This document shows positions 6,199 through 10,672 of a stretch of DNA of 10,672 nucleotides, piece after piece (position 1 is the stretch's first letter; each line of letters begins with the position of its first letter). The translations under genes were made by a program, and so were the position numbers. The stretch is from positions 1 through 10,672 of the forward strand of contig JBGANF010000198.1 of NCBI GenBank assembly GCA_044222475.1, in the 5' to 3' direction. The stretch comes from Polyangiaceae bacterium (GTDB lineage: Bacteria; Myxococcota_A; Polyangia; Polyangiales; Polyangiaceae). Under the pieces are notes generated by a model. That model did no database searches. It saw only the letters and a program-made list of their open reading frames with translations, and had not been told where the DNA came from.

Positions 6199-9100
6199 GC
6201 TACCGCTGCCTCGCCGCCGCCTTCGCCGCCGTTGCTCACCTTCTTGGGGACCGGCTTGCCTTCGACCGTCTCGCCGGCGGCGTTCATCCGCACGCTCACG
6301 ATGCGTGAGACGCCGCTCTCCTGCATCGTCACGCCGTACAACACGTCGACGAGCTGCATGGTGCGCTTGATGTGGGTGATGAGGATGAACTGCGAGCGAT
6401 CGGTCATCGACCGGATCATTTCGTTGTATCTTGCAACGTTCGCCTCGTCGAGCGGGGCGTCGACCTCGTCGAGGATGCAGAACGGGCTCGGCTTGATCTG
6501 GAAGATCGAGAAGATGAGCGAGACCGCGGTGAGCGCCTTCTCGCCGCCGCTCATGAGCTCGATGCTCGCGAGCTTCTTGCCCGGCGGTTGCGCGAGGATG
6601 TCGATGCCGGTCTCGAGGAGGTCTTCGGGGTTGGTCAGTCGCAGGCTCGCTCGACCGCCGCGGAACATGCGCGGGAAGAGCTCCTGGAACTTCGCGTTGA
6701 CCGCGTCGAACGTCTCGGAGAAGAGGCGCCGCGACTCGCGGTTCATCTGCTGGATCGCGCGCTCGAGATCGGCGAGGGCCTTCTCGAGGTCGCCCTTCTC
6801 GCGCGTGTAGAACGTGAAGCGCTCCTCGGCTTCGGCGTGCTCGCGCATCGCGTCGAGGTTGACGCTCCCCATGCGGTCGATGAGGGAGAGGAGCTCGTTC
6901 GTGCGTCCGCGGGTCTCCTCGTCGGGCGGCGGCCGCAGGTGGTAGTCGCCGATGATCCGCGGGAGGGCCAGGCCGCGGAACTTCTCCGCGACGCCGTCGA
7001 GGAGGTGCCCGAGCGCGATCTGCTTCTCGCGAAGCGACATCTCCGCGTCGTTGAGCTTCTCGCGGAAGGCGTCGGCTTCGGCGCGGAGCTCCTTCAAGAG
7101 GCCCTCGCGCTCGGCGAGCGCGGCGCGGAGCCCGTCGTAGGTGGCGCGGGCGGCCGCGAGCGCGTCGGCGGCGTCGCGCTGAGCGTCGAGCGCGTGGCCG
7201 AGCGTCTCCTTGTGCTGAACGAGCTGCGCGGCGGTCTCACCGAAGGCCTTCGCGTTTTCGACGAGCTCGTGCTCGAGGCGGCGCTTCCGCTCGGCGAGCT
7301 CGTCGGTGCTGCGATCGAGTCGGGCGAGCGTACCGCGCGCGGAGGTGAGCTTCTCGCGCACGCCGGCGAGACGCACCTTGCTCTCGGTGACGATGTGACG
7401 GCGCTCGTCGACGACGCCGCGTCGCTCGGTGGCGTCGCCCTCGGCGGCGCCGAGCGCTCCGTCGGCTTCGGCGAGGCTCGCGCGCGCGGCGTCGAGGTTT
7501 CGCGCGGCGTTCTCCTTCTCGGCGATGGCGCCTTCGATCCAGCTCGCGAGCTCCGCGCTTTCGCCGGCGAGCGTCGTGAGGCGCTTCGTGACGTTCTCGA
7601 TGGAGGTGTGGACCGCGCGGAGGTCCTTCTCGCAGGTGACGAGCGCGAGCTCGTCGGCGTGGGCCTGACGCCGCGCCTGGTCGAGCAAGGCCTGCGTCTC
7701 GGCGATGGCCGCTCGCAGCGCCTGGTGCGCCGCGAGGCGCTGCTCTGCGACGAGCTCGAGCCGCGCGACCTCTTCGGCGAGCTCGCGCATCTCGCGCTTC
7801 TGATCGAGCATGCCCTGAGCGAGCTCTTCGCCGGTGCCACCGGCGATGCGCCCGTCGGCGTGGAAGACCGTGCCGGCGAGCGTGACGATCGGTGCATGAT
7901 GCACACGATCGCGGAGGCGCCGTGCAGCCACGGCATCGCGGACGACGATCGCGCCGCCGACGAGGGACTGGAGGAGCGCTTCGTCCTCGGGCGCCGACCG
8001 AAGCTCGTCGGCGAGGCGCGCGACGACGTCGGGATCGTCCGGGAGCGGCTCGGCGGTGCCCGCGACGTAGCGCGGCCGTTGAGCGATGATCGTGGCGCGT
8101 CCGCGCTTCTTCTCGGCGAGCTCCGCGAGGAGCTCCTCTCCGCGCGCGAGATCGCGCACGACGACGTTCTGGAGTCGATCGCCGAGGAGGCCGGCGACGG
8201 CTGCGCTGAGCTCGGCCGGCGACTCGACGAGATCGGCGACGAGCCCGACGATCGTGTCGTCCTTGGTCGCGACCAGCGCTTTGACGCCGGAGCCGACGCC
8301 TTCGAGTCGCGCGTGCATCTCGTCGAGGGCGTGGAGGCGGCTGCGCTTCTTGGCGAGCTCGCTCTTGGCTTCGTCGAGCGCTCGCTCGCTCCCGGTGATG
8401 TCGACGCGGAGGGTGGCGAGGCGCTCTTCTTGGCGCGTGCGCTCTTCGGCGCTGGTGACCTTGCCGCTCTTGAGGTCTTCGAGCTCGCGCTCGAGGCCCT
8501 TGGCCCGACCCTCGTGGTCGGCGAGGGCGCCTTCGAGATCTTCGCGCTCGGCGGAGACCTTCTCGAGGCGCGACTCCATCTCGGCCTGTCGGCGCTCGAA
8601 GCCGGCCAGGGTTGCTTCGGCGCTCGCGATCGTCGCCTGAGCGGCGGAGCGCTGCTTGCCGAGCTCGGCGACGCGCGCCTCCGCGGTCTGGAGCTCGGCG
8701 AGCGCTGCGGCGAGCTGCGCTTCGTCGGCGTCGTGCTTTGCGGCGTCGAGCTGCTCGCTCTGCTCGAGCGATGCGACCTCGGTCGCGACGCCTTCGCGCT
8801 CGTGAGAGAGGCGCTGCCAGTGGCCGTCGATCTCGGCCTCTTCGGTCTGGGCCTGGCGCTCGCGCGTCTGGAGCGCGGCGAGGCGATCCTTGGCGCGGTC
8901 GATGGCTGCTTCCTCGGCGCGGACGGCGTTCTCGGCGCCGAACGCCGCGTTCTGCGCGCCGTCGAGCACCTCTTCGGCGGCGTGCGCTTCGAGCCGCGCG
9001 CCTTCGAGCTCTGCTTCGCGCGTCGCCAGCGACGTGCGTGCGCGCTCGCTCTCTTCGCCGAGCTGCTCGACGTCGGCGGTGTGGAGCTTCGTCCAACCGA

Positions 9101-9824
9101 CGAGCTCGAGGTAGCGGTGCGACGCGTCGTGGAGCTGAAGGTCCTCGAGCTCCTTCTTGTACGAGACGTAGCGCTCGGCCTTGGCCGCTTGTCGCTTGAG
9201 GGACCCGAGGTTGCGCTCGATCTCGGCGACGATGTCACCCACGCGGAGCAGGTTCTGCTCGGTGAGCTCCATCTTCCGCTCGGCGGCCTTCTTGCGTGAC
9301 TTGTACTTGGTGATGCCCGCGGCCTCTTCGATGAGGAGACGACGGTCTTCGGGCTTGGCGCTGACGATGAGGCCGATCTTGCCTTGCTCGACGATCGAGT
9401 ACGCCTTCGTCCCGACGCCGGTGCCGAGGAAGAGATCGGTGATGTCCTTGAGGCGAACCTGCGTCTTGTTGATCAGGTACTCGCTGTCGCCGTTGCGGTG
9501 GAGGCGGCGCGTGACGGCGATGTCGGTGTAGTCCTTGAACTCGAGCGGGACGTCTTCGGGCGTGTCGTTCTCGAAGGTGAGCGTGACCTCGGCGAGGTCG
9601 CAGCCGGCGCGTGACTCGGAGCCGTTGAAGAGCACGTCTTCCATGCTCCGGCCGCGGAGGTGCTTCGCCGATTGCTCGCCCATGCACCAACGGATGGCGT
9701 CGACGATGTTGGACTTGCCGCAACCGTTGGGGCCGACGATGCCTTGGACATCGTGGTCGAAGTGGAGGACCGTGCGATCGACGAATGACTTGAAACCGCA
9801 GAGCTCCAGCTTTTTGATCTTCAC
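6195..9824 (-). CDS. smc: Chromosome segregation protein SMC
   Basis: 1209 aa. N-terminal GFKSF, Walker A GPNGCGKSN, Q-loop IVEQG, two long coiled coils, hinge motif GTVFHADGRIAGG (G-x6-G-x3-GG), signature MSGGE, Walker B/D-loop ILDEVDAPLD and H-loop ITH. GTG start with GGGAG (9833-9837) upstream. Confidence 0.98.
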   Translation of the reverse strand: MKIKKLELCGFKSFVDRTVLHFDHDVQGIVGPNGCGKSNIVDAIRWCMGEQSAKHLRGRSMEDVLFNGSESRAGCDLAEVTLTFENDTPEDVPLEFKDYTDIAVTRRLHRNGDSEYLINKTQVRLKDITDLFLGTGVGTKAYSIVEQGKIGLIVSAKPEDRRLLIEEAAGITKYKSRKKAAERKMELTEQNLLRVGDIVAEIERNLGSLKRQAAKAERYVSYKKELEDLQLHDASHRYLELVGWTKLHTADVEQLGEESERARTSLATREAELEGARLEAHAAEEVLDGAQNAAFGAENAVRAEEAAIDRAKDRLAALQTRERQAQTEEAEIDGHWQRLSHEREGVATEVASLEQSEQLDAAKHDADEAQLAAALAELQTAEARVAELGKQRSAAQATIASAEATLAGFERRQAEMESRLEKVSAEREDLEGALADHEGRAKGLERELEDLKSGKVTSAEERTRQEERLATLRVDITGSERALDEAKSELAKKRSRLHALDEMHARLEGVGSGVKALVATKDDTIVGLVADLVESPAELSAAVAGLLGDRLQNVVVRDLARGEELLAELAEKKRGRATIIAQRPRYVAGTAEPLPDDPDVVARLADELRSAPEDEALLQSLVGGAIVVRDAVAARRLRDRVHHAPIVTLAGTVFHADGRIAGGTGEELAQGMLDQKREMRELAEEVARLELVAEQRLAAHQALRAAIAETQALLDQARRQAHADELALVTCEKDLRAVHTSIENVTKRLTTLAGESAELASWIEGAIAEKENAARNLDAARASLAEADGALGAAEGDATERRGVVDERRHIVTESKVRLAGVREKLTSARGTLARLDRSTDELAERKRRLEHELVENAKAFGETAAQLVQHKETLGHALDAQRDAADALAAARATYDGLRAALAEREGLLKELRAEADAFREKLNDAEMSLREKQIALGHLLDGVAEKFRGLALPRIIGDYHLRPPPDEETRGRTNELLSLIDRMGSVNLDAMREHAEAEERFTFYTREKGDLEKALADLERAIQQMNRESRRLFSETFDAVNAKFQELFPRMFRGGRASLRLTNPEDLLETGIDILAQPPGKKLASIELMSGGEKALTAVSLIFSIFQIKPSPFCILDEVDAPLDEANVARYNEMIRSMTDRSQFILITHIKRTMQLVDVLYGVTMQESGVSRIVSVRMNAAGETVEGKPVPKKVSNGGEGGGEAAVA

Positions 9825-9866
9825 GAGACGCGCTCCCGAGCGGTACCAGCCCGCTCTTGTGCTCGA

Positions 9867-9906
9867 TGACCCTAGGCAAAGTGTAACGTCACTTCACATA
9901 AGGTCA
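9867..9906. promoter_or_regulatory. 40-bp imperfect inverted repeat upstream of smc (operator or leader hairpin)
   Basis: TGACCCTAGGCAAAGTG-TAACGT-CACTTCACATAAGGTCA. 13 of 17 arm positions are Watson-Crick symmetric. Confidence 0.5.
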
Positions 9907-9907
9907 C
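9880..9907 (-). promoter_or_regulatory. Candidate sigma70-type promoter for smc
   Basis: The minus strand reads GTGACC-16 nt-TACACT in an AT-enriched patch about 55 bp upstream of the smc start. The -35 matches 4/6 and the -10 fits TAnnnT. Confidence 0.4.
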
Positions 9908-10002
9908 TGGCTTCCCCACAGCTAACCCCGGGAAGCGCGAAACTCAAGGGAAATAACCTTGTAGATCGCATGAATCCCGCGGAATCCGGCTGGGTCGTCG
10001 GC

Positions 10003-10029
10003 TTGACAGGCCTTCCGGCGGGACATAAT
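10003..10029 (+). promoter_or_regulatory. Candidate sigma70-type promoter for the FmdB-family gene
   Basis: Perfect TTGACA at 10003-10008 and CATAAT at 10024-10029. The 15-nt spacer is shorter than optimal. Confidence 0.45.
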
Positions 10030-10038
10030 GGGAGCACC

Positions 10039-10380
10039 GTGCCGACGTACGAGTACCTGTGCAAAGAGTGTGGTCATCAGTGGGAGGCCGAGCAGCGGAT
10101 CTCGGCGGACCCGCTGAAGGACTGCCCGAGCTGCGGCAAGCCGGCCGCCTCCCGGCAGATCAGCGCCGGCAACTTCATCCTCAAGGGGGGTGGCTGGTAC
10201 GCCGACCTCTACTCGTCGTCGTCGAAGCCGAAGGCCGACACGAAGGCGAGTGACGCGAAGTCGGAGTCGAAGACCGAGACGAAGTCGGAGTCGAAGACCG
10301 AGACGAAGTCGGAGACCAAGACCGAGGCGAAGGTCGAGGCGAAACCGGCGACGAACCCGCCGCCGAAGTCGTCTTCCTAG
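10039..10380 (+). CDS. FmdB-family zinc-ribbon regulatory protein with low-complexity K/S/E/T tail
   Basis: From GTG 10039 (GGAG at 10031-10034) it reads MPTYEYLCKECGH...DCPSCG...ISAGNFILKGGGWY, the canonical FmdB pattern with two CxxC. 113 aa. The ORF-track extension to 9535 overlaps smc and is not credible. Confidence 0.93.
   Translation: MPTYEYLCKECGHQWEAEQRISADPLKDCPSCGKPAASRQISAGNFILKGGGWYADLYSSSSKPKADTKASDAKSESKTETKSESKTETKSETKTEAKVEAKPATNPPPKSSS
10256..10342 (+). repeat. Coding tandem repeat, 24-bp unit with a 12-bp sub-period
   Basis: CGAAGTCGGAGTCGAAGACCGAGA is exact at 10256-10279 and 10280-10303 and imperfect at 10304-10327, then decays. It encodes KSESKTET repeats. Confidence 0.9.
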
Positions 10381-10387
10381 GATCGCG

Positions 10388-10672
10388 ACGTACCAGGTTG
10401 GGACGAGGCTGGGAGGGGGCTTCGCGCTGGGGTCGAGACAAGACTTCGGGCGGTGCTCTGCATCTGGGGTGAGTTGCGAGACGCTGGCGTAGTTCACCCT
10501 GGTAAGGGGGATTGCACCCCCCTCGGCGCTACGCGCCTCACCCCTAGCGGGCTCGGGACCGCGTTCGCGGCCCCGACCCAAGACGCCCCGCGGAGCGGGG
10601 CCCCCCCCGGGCGGGGCTCCCACGGGTGGGTCTCGGGGACTGCTAGGGTGCCCACGTACCAGGTTGGGACGA
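10388..10672 (+). repeat. Exact direct repeat of at least 19 bp (ACGTACCAGGTTGGGACGA), copies 266 bp apart
   Basis: Copies lie at 10388-10406 and 10654-10672. The second runs to the window edge, so the true length is unknown. Confidence 0.9.
10391..10650 (+). other. Hairpin-rich non-coding element (REP/MITE-like repeat or structured RNA)
   Basis: Stems at 10464-10502, 10505-10523, 10525-10537, 10553-10576, 10585-10601 and 10619-10630. Long-range pairings 10542-10550/10640-10648 and 10391-10400/10495-10504. No credible ORF. Confidence 0.55.

Noticed and set aside
6372..9299. 975-aa plus-strand ORF and other long ORFs over smc (7094-9238, 7237-9096)
   Set aside because: These are shadow or alternative frames of a clearly genuine smc gene, with low-complexity Arg/Ser/Ala products.
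9535..10038. ORF-track N-terminal extension of the FmdB gene (281-aa version)
   Set aside because: It overlaps smc antisense and the promoter region. The FmdB family starts at MPxYEY (GTG 10039).
10505..10523. Intrinsic terminator after the FmdB gene
   Set aside because: Hairpins are present, but none is followed by a U-rich tract on either strand.
9922..10623. 233-aa minus-strand ORF with RLRLG repeats
   Set aside because: It is the antisense reading of the FmdB repeat and the GC-rich non-coding element, with no protein-like features.
10388..10672. CRISPR array interpretation of the 19-bp direct repeat
   Set aside because: Only two copies are visible, the interval is 247 bp, and there are no cas genes in the window.

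Overview
This is a high-GC bacterial window, probably from Myxococcota/Polyangia (inferred from codon style and the PDGG/ADAGPD-type lipoprotein linker). The + strand carries a tightly packed gene run: the 3' end of a probable error-prone polymerase dnaE2 (ends SRDFH*, not in the ORF track), a fibrinogen-like YCDxxxxGGGW lipoprotein, an alkyl-DHAP-synthase-like FAD oxidoreductase with an exact in-frame 90-bp tandem duplication, a lipid-anchored YihQ-like GH31 glycosidase whose sulfonate-binding residues appear altered, and a diacylglycerol-kinase-family protein. The run converges on smc (- strand). smc shares a ~210-bp divergent promoter region with an FmdB-family zinc-ribbon gene. The window ends in a ~285-bp hairpin-rich non-coding element bounded by an exact direct repeat of at least 19 bp. 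The best leads are a possible glycolipid/ether-lipid salvage operon, the terminal structured element and the 90-bp duplication. All homology calls come from motif recognition and by-eye comparison; no searches were run.
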